A DNA stretch of 64,000 nt from Octopus sinensis. Lineage: Eukaryota. Where the stretch lies: the NCBI RefSeq assembly GCF_006345805.1, contig NC_043000.1:76942001-77006000 (forward strand). Reading direction: 5' to 3'. Shown in pieces: positions 38,151 through 50,439 of this stretch. The translations under genes and the position numbers were made by a program. How positions within the stretch are numbered: the stretch's first letter is position 1; each line of letters begins with the position of its first letter. The notes beneath the pieces were generated by a model that worked only from the letters and a program-made list of their open reading frames with translations, did not search any database and was not told the origin of the DNA.

Positions 38151-39256
38151 TATTTTATGCCATGAAACTTGTATTAAACTCAATGAGTGAACTATGTAAT
38201 TTACATTGTTTTATCTTGATACATTTCTTTACAAATTTGTATTGAGTGCTATATAAATATTTGAACTGCAGCCATGTTGGGGCTGCACTTGAAAAGTTTT
38301 AGATGAACAAATCACCCCTAGTACTTATTTTTTGAAGTTTGGTACCATTAGTCTCTTTCACCAAACTATCAATTTATGGAAACGTAGACAAACCAACATA
38401 GTCTGTCAAACAGTGGGGTGGACAAACACACACACACACACACACAGAGTAGGCTTTCACACTGTTTCCTTGTACAAGATTTACTCACAAGGTAATGATT
38501 GGCGCAGGGTTATAAAGTAGAAGATATTTGCCCAAGGTGCTGCTCAGTGGGACTGAACCTCAAACCACATGGTTACAAAGTGAGTTTCCTAACCACCTAG
38601 CCATAGCTGTGCATGCATGTATTTGTTTGCTTGTGCTGAAATAGCTGGCTTACATAAAAAAAACTTGGCAATTATTTGAAAATTCTCTCTTAGCTGGAGG
38701 AAGAAAGCAAAAACCTAGTGCAAAAAACAACTAACAACTGCTGGCAACTTTCAAAGAGAAGGGGAGATAATTTCAACATGTAAATAAATTTCCCCAATTT
38801 AATTTATGTAAACAGGCGACCACTACAAATATGTTCCAGTCTTAATAGCTCTCTACAGCAAACATCTAAATCCATGCACACAAAGTATTTCACCATTCTA
38901 TTTTGTTAAATATGTAGATTACTTTTGGTCACAAAATATATTTTAAACATTTTTTTTCAACACATAAAAAACATTTGTCAACTAATTCAACAGGCTCTAG
39001 CTTAACTATAACCTTGCTGACCATACAAAATAGTAGTGGTGATGATAGTAGGAGTAGTAAGTAGGACAAGGAAGTTGCAATATCAAAAGAATGGTGGTGA
39101 GATAGTCAATAGTGGTGGTTCTTAGTGGTATAGTATTGATATTAGTGGAGGCAGCAGACCCAATAAAAGATAGTAGTAGTAATGGACCATAGCAGCTGTG
39201 GAAATCATGAAGGTGCATTGTATGTGGTTGTTGTAGTAGCATGACTGTTATAATAA

Positions 39257-39311
<55 letters not shown>

Positions 39312-40124
39312 ATAAATAGCAACCAACATATCATACCTTTCTTTTATCAGGTTTAATAACATTAAATCACACATAATTAACAAAAAGTAAAAAAGAAAAG
39401 AATGTCCCCAGGGGAGAGAGAGAGAAAGAGTAAAATAGATTTATTATTTAGAAAAGAAATAAAAGGCCACTGACACTGCCACTGCTACCACCATCAGCAC
39501 TAAAACCCAACAACTACAGTGAGCTGTCAACGAGTGACCTTCTACGTGTTCACACAAGCTGCTAGAAGTAGCAATCAACTCTCCAGCTCATTGTGCACAG
39601 TCTTAGGAAACAACACATTAGATAATGTGGTTCTGGGGTCCTTGTACCTTAGGAAAAAAGCAAGATAATCCCGACTAGAATGTCTTTGATACTAGGTTTA
39701 CTCGACTAGAGCAGACTTGAGGTTAAACAACAGCAGCAGCTAATTATGCTGTTGTTCTAAAATGGAGCAGTGCACAATCTATTAACTATATTAACATAAT
39801 CTATTGGCTGCATTAGCATAAAATATATTGAGCATATCAATGATTTATTGACTGAATTTGCAGAATCTATTGATTACAATTATACAAATCTCCTTTAATA
39901 AGATGAACAGAGGTGATTGATAAACACTGCACAGGAGCTGAAACTTTCAGTGAACCAATGTGGGAGCCTTTGTACAGTTGATCGACCTGCCAGAAACATC
40001 AGTAAAATCTTCCTCATAAAAGAAGGACAAACTAGTCAATGTGGTCACGGCTAGAATGCAATTTCTTGTAGATCAGCTTGATTAGATGGGCTGTTTACAT
40101 AAATTTACATTATCATTTGTTAAC

Positions 40125-41200
40125 GTGAAGAGAAAGAGGAATTCGTATGATATCAGTTTCAAGTTGAAAGTTGTTTGAATATGCGATGTCACATTCAAAT
40201 CAAGGTGCAGAATAAGAATTTGGGGTCTCAGAAAAACTGGTCAGGGACTGGTGCTTGAAACAGGAGAAAATGAAACCTGTTGACATCAATATGTTAAAGA
40301 AAATTAGGATAGGAATTAGTCCCAATGAGGAGATGGAGACTATTTTGAGAAATTAGGTGACAGAATTATGCACAAATGGATTTGTCGTCACGAGAAACAT
40401 CATTAGATTGCAGGCTCTCCAAGTGACTAAAGAACTTGGTATATCTAACTTTAAGGCATTCTTTGGCTGGTGTACAAGGTCTATGAAATGCCTCAATCTT
40501 ACACTGAGACAGAGGACTCATAGTGCACAGAAATTACCTGCCGACATATATGTAATAGATGTACAAAAGAGCCACAAGCTTGCCTTTGAAGCAATCAGTA
40601 ATATGGATGAGAGACCCACCCCACCACTTTTTTAATATGGTTACAACTTGGACAGTTGACATTAAAGGGAAAAACACAATTTTGGTAAAAACTACGAGGA
40701 GCGACAAGGCTCACTTCAGTGCAATTTTGACTTGTATGGCTGATGGTATGAACCCCTGCTGTTGTTTTCAAAGAAAGACTTTCCCATAAGGGAAGTTTCC
40801 AAAGAGCATAGTGGTGTATGTTCAGGAGAAGGGTGGGAATATGAAACCGCATTAATGAACTGGTTAAATGCTGTGTGGTTCAAGCGCCCAGGGGCTATAT
40901 GGAATATGTTCAGGGCTTATCTGATCGACAGCATAAAAAATAGATTAAAGGAGCTACCAAGACTTCTAAGGTGAACATGCATGCCAAGTAGAATGAATGG
41001 ATGATTAATGGTGATAAGGAAATGACACTTAAAATGCCCTGACCTTAAGACTGTTTGCCAGTGGGTGATAGATTCATGAGCTGAAATACTGAGTGAACTT
41101 GTGATGAAATCATTTTTGAAGTGCGGGATCTCAAATTCCATGGATGGTACAGAAGAGGAGGAGCTATGTAATGACTTCGCCTGTGTAAGAATTGTTAGCC
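40125..41200 (+). pseudogene. pogo-family (POGK-like) transposase relic: HTH, CENP-B HTH and DDE_1
   Basis: KRKRNSYDISFKLKVV, FKAFFGWCTR, LRQRT..AQKLP, NMDE, CMADG, KSFLKCGISNSMDGTE. Confidence 0.9.
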
Positions 41201-43088
41201 CCAGTGCTTCATCAGTTAATGAAGATCAGTCAAGTGAAGATGAGGATCAGGGTTATACAACAAGACCATCACAACCAAGGTGTTTTACTAAAGGGAAAGT
41301 ATTGAGGCAATTAAGTCTCAATATGATAAACAAATCAACTAGCAATATCAAGGATAAAATTTTACATTATAAACTATGGTTTCTAAAATGCATGGACTTA
41401 ATGGGATAACTATGTTGGCCTGATTCCTAATTGAACTTTGCTCTCCAACATCAAAAAAGTAGCTGCAACTTATAGTTGAACCTTGTAAGTCAAGAGTGTG
41501 CCTTATAGGTGAAGGCGTTAAAAATAACAGCTAACTAATGTTTTGGGTGAATCTTTTAAGTTTATGCTATCACATTAAATGCATATTGAATGCTTCAAAC
41601 TACAAAAGATGTGTTTTTACTTGTTTTCTATGTATAGAGTACAAATATTGACAGCACATGCTATTTTCAGGATGCTGACAACAAAATGTGGAGTCACACA
41701 CAAAATGACAGCTTCCAAATCCAGTTGAAAATGATCAAACTTTAAACTTCTATAACTTTTAAAAAACATTTTTCTGGAAAAAGTGAAATAACTCCAGCAT
41801 TTCAGCTTAGAATAGTATATTAATGTGCCAAATTTTCAATAAACTTTAATTTTTGAAATGCTGGCAGTCAAACAGAAAAGATCCTATGTTGTTTCAAAGT
41901 AGAGAATTAAAAAGTACAATTATTTTTGTGCCAACCTGATATGTGGTCTTGGACTAGGAGGATGTATGGTATTTCTGTAACTCTATATCTGTGGGTGACT
42001 CGTAGTTTGTTTGTTGAACATTGACCAACATTCTGCCGTATAAACTGTTAAGTGAAATCTAATCAAGAGCCACTTTTAAACTACATAGACAGTAAGACAC
42101 ACAACAGTTTGAATAAGACCAGAATATTAAAGGATATTAATTCTATCTACCATGTTTCCACCTCTAATTCAACCACTTTTCTTCTTTGACACTACTAAAG
42201 TATTCAAGAAAAACACGGTCATCGTTTAACTTTCTACTTCTGTTTACTTATAAGGTATGTGATTTTAGGAGAAATCGATATTACCTAATATATTTATTTA
42301 GGCCACCCAGCTGAGGAATTCCGCCATAGACATTTCATACGTCATGGACATTTGAACAGGGACACAAAGTTACAGAACACTGTAACACAATCACTATCAG
42401 CTATGCAGTGAACTAATGATTAGGTTATTCATTGGAAACTTGAAACCAATGACACTAATGTTCATCAAAATAAAATCTAAAACCTATGTTTAACAGCAGC
42501 TATAAGGCAAATACATCCTGGAACAAAACATCTTCAAATTAAAATATTTCATAATTTTACTGCCATGTATCGAAAGTAGGTGTGTAAATTTTAAAGTGAA
42601 TGGTATGATGTTTAACGTAATTACGTAATGCTTATGTAATTAGAATTACCTCTGTGCGCACTCGGTTATATATATTTTTTCAGTGGTTACATTATTTTTA
42701 TAATATCGGAGCTGCAACTCTGTCGCCAACTCTAACTTGGTGCTGGATATCAAAATACTGAGTTGAGTCTCATAAAAAAAAATTATGTCTTTCTTTCAAA
42801 TGTCATGTCATTTCTGGTTATGTGAATAATAATGGCTCAAGATTTGTAACTGAGACTTATTAGACAGAGATGTAAATATTCTAGGTGAATGAAGACAGCT
42901 GAATCACATGGAAAAACTATGTGGCAATGATATCCAATCCCCAAATTTATTTTTATTTTTGTATTAACATCCAGATTTATGCACATTTGTCATCATCATC
43001 GTCGTTTAGCGTCCGTTTTCCATGTTAGCATGGGTTGGACCAATTTATCTTAAAAACTCTGATATTTCATTTCTATAATTAATTACTT

Positions 43089-43132
<44 letters not shown>

Positions 43133-43185
43133 CAGTATAACATATAAAACACCAGAATTCCATGGAAATGTATTTGAGAGTAAGT

Positions 43186-43403
43186 GGTGGTTCTCAAACT
43201 TATTTTGCTTATGATTTTACAAAAATTGCAGAGTCCCATATCAATATTTTACCACCATCATCACCATAATTTTTAAAACATCAAATGAAACAGATATTGT
43301 CCAAAGGAGAGAATTTATTCATAAAAACAAAATTAATTAACAACTTATTTAGAAAATGGCAAAGGAATCCTGGTGTCCCTTGGAATCCAATTTTAGAAAC
43401 ATT
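43186..43403. mobile_element. Possible hAT-type MITE relic
   Basis: GTGGTTCTCAAAC...TTTAGAAACATTG imperfect termini. Confidence 0.35.
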
Positions 43404-43761
43404 GCTACAAGGTACAGGCTGATAGATAAAGAGAAAGAATTTTAACAGACATATGTTGTTTATCAAGTACTAGCATACTTAATGTGGTGTAGATTAATGT
43501 AAGACAAGAAATTTTAATTAAAATTACAGCTTTAGTAATTAGAGCAATCATTATGTAAATGACTAGTGTTGGTCAGAAAAGGCAGGGAGATACAATCTGG
43601 AATTTCAATTAAAGTTAATATGGAATGCAGTGGGGAGTCAATAACTTATTTACTTCATTAATTCAATGTTTCCTTACATTTAGACCACAGAAAGTATGTT
43701 GAGGGTTATCTGGCTGCTATCTACTATGTAGAAGAAACTCCTTTGGTTCCTAACATACAAA

Positions 43762-43881
43762 TACAATGTGATATCTAGTAACATAAACATACTAAAGTAC
43801 AATGTGATATTATAGAACACAGACTTGTAAAAGTACATTGTGATGTTACTTTACAAAATATGTTAAACTACAATGTGATGT
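43762..43881. repeat. Four copies of TACAATGTGATRT at 36/36/35-bp spacing
   Basis: Starts at 43762, 43798, 43834 (TACATTGTGATGT variant) and 43869, with divergent spacers. Confidence 0.85.
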
Positions 43882-44859
43882 CATGCAACCTTCACACCAA
43901 TGATGGCACAGATTAATACAAGAACCCGATAATCTGTAGCTTAACTAATCGATTTACTCGCTTCTACTCCCCCTACTCCACATCAATATAATATGAAACA
44001 TGAAATTGTTCTAATGATTGCACTAAGAAGTCACATAGTTAATTACATAATTAGTTAATGAGGTAAACATTGGGAAACCAAGTGTGGTAGAGTGAAAGAG
44101 CTAGGGACAGTGGTGTTGGTGGAAGATCAATAGAATGAGAGAAGCAAAGAGTGGGAGGAGTGAGAGAGTTAGTGGGGAGAAGGTATGAGTAAGAAAGATA
44201 AATAGAGAGAAAAAGGAGGGGAGAGAGAGACAGTGATGCAAACAGAAACAAAGAAAAACTGTATAAAATGTTATTTTACTTTTTAAAGTTATTGCTTCAG
44301 ATTTTCTAATATAGCCAATTTTACATAACATCAGTTTGTCAAAAATGTTATTTGTTACACAAATCTGAAATGGTCGACTTATTTATAAATGCAAGTGTTT
44401 CCATAACATCATAAGCAACAAACAAGATTATTCAAGAATTTTCCACCAAATCAATAAAGATTAATAACACACACACACACAGAGGAATCCCTTGTCTTAA
44501 AGAAGTAATGCGTTCCTGAAAATCTGGCTGTAATGCAAAAATAATTTTCCTATTGATTTTCATATTATCAAGTGATACTGCGTTCCACCGGACTTTTTTG
44601 GAAGAAAAAAAGTGCACAAGAAAACAACAGAGAACAAGCAACATGATCACCTTTATACATGAAAATATTTCTAAACATATACAGTACAATATAGAAACAT
44701 AAAAACATTTCAAGAAGAATAAGTTGGGAATTAATAAGAATTGTAATATTGTCTGAATACATTCTTTCCATAAAAGATGTTGACTCTGGGGTGGTGAATG
44801 ATTATTACAAGGAGGATGAGGGACAATATTTACTATTTTATAGTTCATTATCCTGAACA

Positions 44860-45779
44860 TCAGCTTGAAGAGTGAAGAACTTATCTAAAGTTGTATGTTG
44901 TTTCTGATGCACCATCTCTTTGTACAGCTCAGTATAGGAACTGAGCTTGTTGTAAAGTCCTCTGGTAATTTTTGTGTTACGTTCATGATTAGGGTCATTA
45001 TCAGCAAAAATCTGCAGACCTTATTTCTATAAGTGCCAACCCTTTAACAATTTTTGAAGTCAATTTAAGTTTTGTAAGAGGAACTTCTGTTGTTTCAACT
45101 GTACTAAGCTTGTTCTTTTTCTCTGAGATAGTAGCAACTCAGTCACATTATTCTCTATGACTTCTTCAAATCCTACATCCTTTGCAAGTGTCACAATATC
45201 TTTCTGAATCTGATGTAGACTTTCTGCTTGAGGAAAACTCATAATCTCACAGATACAGTCTGGTTTTCCAAGTACTATTTAAAGTTGAAGGTTTCCCTTC
45301 TCCCCACTTCTCAATAATACTACCCACAGTATCCATTATGTTGAATTTCTTCCAGAAATCTCTAACTGTAGGTTTATTCCCCTTGTCAATTGCTTTAAGG
45401 AATTTTCATTAGAAGTTTCACTTTCCCTTTTCAGCAAATTGTCATATAAACTCCTGGCTCTTTTTTGAATTACTATGGTGTTTATCAGCACATTACACTG
45501 ATTCTGATTTGCTATCCATCATTCCATTTTAAGCTTTACATTAGATCTATGGAAAAATAAGGTTTGGACAGAGTAGCTTCCTGAGTACTTGACATAATTT
45601 TCTCTCTGTTGTCATGTATTGTCCACACTGTAGATGTTGCAAGATTTAAAGTTTTGGCAAAGTTCACTTTACTTCTGCCTCATCTCTTTTGAAACATCAA
45701 GTTTAAAATCCAGTGTAATTCCATTACAGTTCCTTTTTGCACTACTGCCTTCAGGGCTACTTGATAGCTTCCCAGACAT
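44860..45779 (-). pseudogene. Tigger-like (pogo) transposase relic, internally deleted
   Basis: MSGKLSSSPEGSSAKR..ITLDFKLDV..LNLATSTVWTI HTH; C-terminal IVTLAKDVGFEEV..VTELL. Confidence 0.8.
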
Positions 45780-46399
45780 CTTAGATTGAAGGCAAATCCA
45801 ACAGCAGTGGCAATTAACTATTCACAACAAATATGTAGCAAAAATAAAGGGGGGGGGAGGAAAGATTTGCTTTGTGAGAGCCAAAAATTTGCCTTATTCC
45901 TGTAGATCAAAGATGTGCAATTGCACCTGCATTAAAAAACAATTTTAGAATGACTTTTTCTTTCAAAACGTTAAAAATAACTGACCAACAAAAAAAAAAA
46001 ACAAAAACAACCAAGATTCAACCAAATCAAAAACTAAACCCAAATATTAAGCAAAGATGAACCATCCCACTTCCATTGCATGCACACACACACACACATT
46101 CACATACCCCACTCTTTTACATACACATATATTCACACAGTTGAAATGCTCACCCGTTCCTTCCTTATTCATCTATCACCCTTTCCTTTCTCATTCATAA
46201 ACACAAGAGTATTATTATAGTAGATTATCTCGGTAACCATGGAAGCTATGAAAAAAATACAAAGCCCAGTATCACCACCGGATCATTCTACACTTCTGTG
46301 TAATTTTTCGCGCATCTCCACCCAGCCATTTGACAGTGAATCCCAAGACAAGAAAGAATCGCCCATGTCAAATTCATATGTATAGATATATCGAATTGG

Positions 46400-46710
46400 G
46401 GGACCCCCTTCAGTCATGCATGACCATGGGATTGCACCTAGAAAGTTACCCTCTGAGGTACAAGCAGTCAACCCATGCATACCAGCCTCCACTCTCCACA
46501 CCACTGATGTTATCCAAGAGAAAGGCAAAGGCCGATACAGCTTGGCAGCAGTGATGTCACAACTCATTTCTACAGGTGACTTAACTGGAGCAACGTGAAA
46601 TAAAGTGTCTTGCTCAAGAACACAACATGCAGCCCGGTCCGGGAATCGAACTCACAACCTCACAATCGTAAGCTCGACATTCTAACCATTGAGCCATGCA
46701 CCTTCACAAG
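46400..46710 (-). mobile_element. SINE with the family F head and core but a different 3' tail
   Basis: ACTGGAGCAACGTGAAATAAAGTGTCTTGCTCAAGAACACAAC...GGAATCGAACTC is shared with 26955-27060. Confidence 0.8.
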
Positions 46711-48190
46711 ATATCAAATTATACATAGATATATACAATATTTATATAGATAAAAAAGTTACAACTTGTGATTCGCCCGCGGAACTGTTTTTTTGGAAAC
46801 TTTTGCTTGCTGTAGATGTAATAACGAAAATGAGATGAAAAGGTGAAGGACTGGGGAAGAGAAAGTACTATATGATTACAGTTAGCTGAAGGGTCACCAA
46901 ATTTTATAGGCAATTCGCCATCTTGCAATTCTCACTCAAAACAAATACGCACACACATGCACACGTACATGTTGGTGCACATGCTGAGATTTGTTGTAAT
47001 CAGACAAGTCGGTGGGTTGATAGCGGTGATGATGTGGGTTGCATGGTTTAGATGTTTGTGATGGTGGGTGGGTATTGTTGGTATTGTGGTGGTCATAGCT
47101 GCTAATTGTATTCTTGTGGCTATTTTATTCTAAAGTCAATCGTCATAGAGCTAAGATCAAAGTAATTTCATTCAACGTTTAAAATACATGCTTTTATTTG
47201 AAATTAATTTGCTTATCAACTTCAGACTATATATATATATATATCATCATCATCATCATCATCATCGATTAACGTCCGTTTTCCGCGCTAGCACGGGTTG
47301 GACGGTTTCGACCGGAGTCTGGGGAGCTAGGGACTGCCCCAGGCTCCAGTCTGGTCTGGCAGTGTTTCTACAGCTGGATGCCCTTCCTAACGCCAACCAC
47401 TCTGCGAGTGTAGTGGGTGCTTTTTACGTGCCACCTGCACAGGTGCCAGAGGGGTCTGGCATCGGTCACGTTCGGATGGTGCTTTTTATGTGGGGGGGGG
47501 GGCGAAATTTAGGGGAGCACCAGTGGGGAGGGGTGGTTCAGAGAAATGATGACAGGTTCTAGGCAAGTAGAACGTAGGATATTAAGAGAGGGGTAATGCA
47601 TGGTGAAATAGCGTATTGAAGAGGGGGGGTTCGAAGAGTAGACACCTATAATGGTGGTGGGAGAAGCGACATCCGGTATAGATGGAGCAAATATAGAGAT
47701 ATCCGTTATTGGTGGTGGGGGTGGGCAGGGCGGGTGCACCGCGAAGATACGAAGGTAGACGAGAGGAGAAATCGAAGATACGAAGGTAGACAAGAGGAGA
47801 AATGAATAAAATTAGATATATTATTACTGTTAGTGTTGGTGATAGAAACACAACATTCATATATATATATATAGAAATAAAATAAGAGGCTTCCAAGTAG
47901 GAAAGCCTTGTGCTCGAAAGAGCAGTAGAAAACTCAAAACCACCAAATATGGAAAAATTTTCAAAAGGAATGAAAATTAAAAACATTTACCATCTCATTT
48001 ATTTCCCAGACCATGGTTTCTAACTAAGCCTCTTATTGTATTTCTATGTGAATAATATATAGTCTTATGACTAATTCGTTTTTGTGCTAGGCCACTGGTA
48101 ATAATAATTTCTTATTACCCTATTATTATTTATTATGTTTAAATATATATATATATTATTACTGTTAGTGTTGGTGATAGAAACACAACA

Positions 48191-48234
<44 letters not shown>

Positions 48235-50439
48235 TATACACACACACATTGTTCATTATGTATATATATGTGCAAAGTGATGGTATTTGAAATCATTTGA
48301 TCTTAATTAAAACCACTTATAGGTGGCCACACTGGGCGACACGTTGTGCTCTTGACCAAAACACTTCATTTCTCGTTGCTTCAGTCTACTCAGCTGGCAA
48401 AAATGAGTAACTAACACTGCGATGGACTGGCGTCCAGTCCAGCTGGGGAACACATATGCCATTGAAACCGGGAAACCAGGCCCATGAGCCTAGCTGGGCT
48501 TTAAAAGGGCGCATTTATTTATTATTAATTTAAAGGCTATTTGGTCGTTATTTCTAGAATGTCATGCGACTGCATCGAGACCGAGAGCTTACTGTATACA
48601 GAGAGAGATAACAAATAGCAAGAGGCTTGAACTCAAAAAATGGGTTTGTGTCAGTGTGTGAGGTCTAACAATTACTTATTTTTTTTTAATCAACCATATG
48701 TGGTGCGTGTATAAAATCTATTATATGCTTTAAACTGCATGAAATGTTACTAGCAACATTTGGACTCCGTATTTACGCCACGTTACAAGACAAAAAAAAA
48801 AAGCCCAATATTGTATGCTAAGCCTTGTGAATGAATTTGGTAGACGGAAACTGAAAGTCAGTTTGTTTGCATTCTCATAACTTAGTGGTTTGATAAAAGA
48901 GGCCTATAAAGTATCACGCAAAAAAAAATCTTCAGTTAAACCCTTCAAAGCGGTGCCCCAGCATTGCCACAGTTCAAAGACTGAACAAGTAAAAAACAAA
49001 AAAGAACTTTCTGAAGTGGTTTAGGAATTGTATTTTAAATCTAATTTAACATTCATTCCATTCTTGAAATAATTAAAATGTCGGAGTGAATTGCTTATTA
49101 AAATGTTTTGTTCCTTAATTACAACAAGCACACAGACACAAACATGCTGAAGTGATACTATTTTTGAAGCTATGATCTCATTGTCTAGTTTTTTGATCAT
49201 GTATTTGTCCTTGCTATCAGAGAGAAAGATGTGGCGGGGATGGTGTGTGTTACTACTTTTGACACATTTCATTTATTACCTGACCAAATCTCTTCACCAT
49301 GTCAAAGTTTGAAGGACGTTCTATGTCTAAATTTTAGGAAAAGAAACATCTGATATCAATGTTATATCTTACTGCATGGAGACCAAAACAAGTCAGGACA
49401 GTCTAGTTGAAGAGCCTGAAATTTTGGGGAGGGAAACTAATCGATTGCATCGACTTCAGTGTTTAACCGGTACTTATTTTGTCGACCCCAAAAGAATGAA
49501 AGGCAAAACTGATCTCAGCATTTGAACTAGTCCAGTGTAGTAACGATTCTGCAAACTCACCGTCTTCAATAGCAATAATGGTTTCAAAATCTGGCAGAAG
49601 GCCAGCAATTTTAGGGAAAGGGGTAAGTCATCTACCCCAATGCTTGACTAGTACTTATTTTTATTAAAAGGCAAAGTCGACCTTCGCAGTAGTTGAACTC
49701 ACAACGTAAAGCCAGAAGAAATGCCACTAGGCATTTTGCCATGCATGGTAACGATTCTGCCAGTTCACCGCCTTGATGATGATGGTGAAGGCTGTTTCAA
49801 AATTTGGATATTCTCCCCAAGTCCCCGTCCACATATTTATAATATACACCATCCCACAAAATAAAATAAAAAAGGACTTAAGCCAATGACGACAGCATTT
49901 GAAAAGAGCCAAAACTTTGTTTGCCATGTTACTTGGTAAATCTAACTGAATGCTAAAGAATTCATTGAAACACTCATATTATCTTTTATCTTGTTTCAGT
50001 CAGCGAACAGATCATCGGCCCCAATATTAATTCTCTTTATGTTTGATACTTATCCCATCTGCGTCTTTTTGCCGGATCGTTTAGTTATGGGGGAGTAAAC
50101 AAACCAATACTGGTTGACAAGTGGTGGGAGGACACGCAACGGTCTTCTTTCGGTTTCGGTCTACCAGATTCACCGAATCCGAAACCATGTGGTCGAGAAG
50201 CAAACTTCTTACTACACACCCATAAAGAGAAATTAAAGAAAAACTGCCGAGTTTTTTCTTTCTTTTCTTTTTAAATAGTATGGTAACATAAAAGCAGCAA
50301 ACCAGATGCAGGCGGTAATGTGTGAAAGCTTTCAGCTCAATAAGTATGTTACATGTAGAAAAATAAAATTCAAATAGTTAGCTGCACTAAATACCAAACA
50401 ATGAACAAAAGTTAAATTAGTAAGTTAAAAAGTTAAATA

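Noticed and set aside
43762-43881. CRISPR array
   Set aside because: Repeat is only 13 bp with four units, no cas genes, and the context is eukaryotic
47742-48200. Short duplications (30-bp tandem at 47742-47802; about 50 bp at 47817 and 48150; 32-bp tandem near 6797-6860)
   Set aside because: Ordinary local slippage or duplication with no further structure
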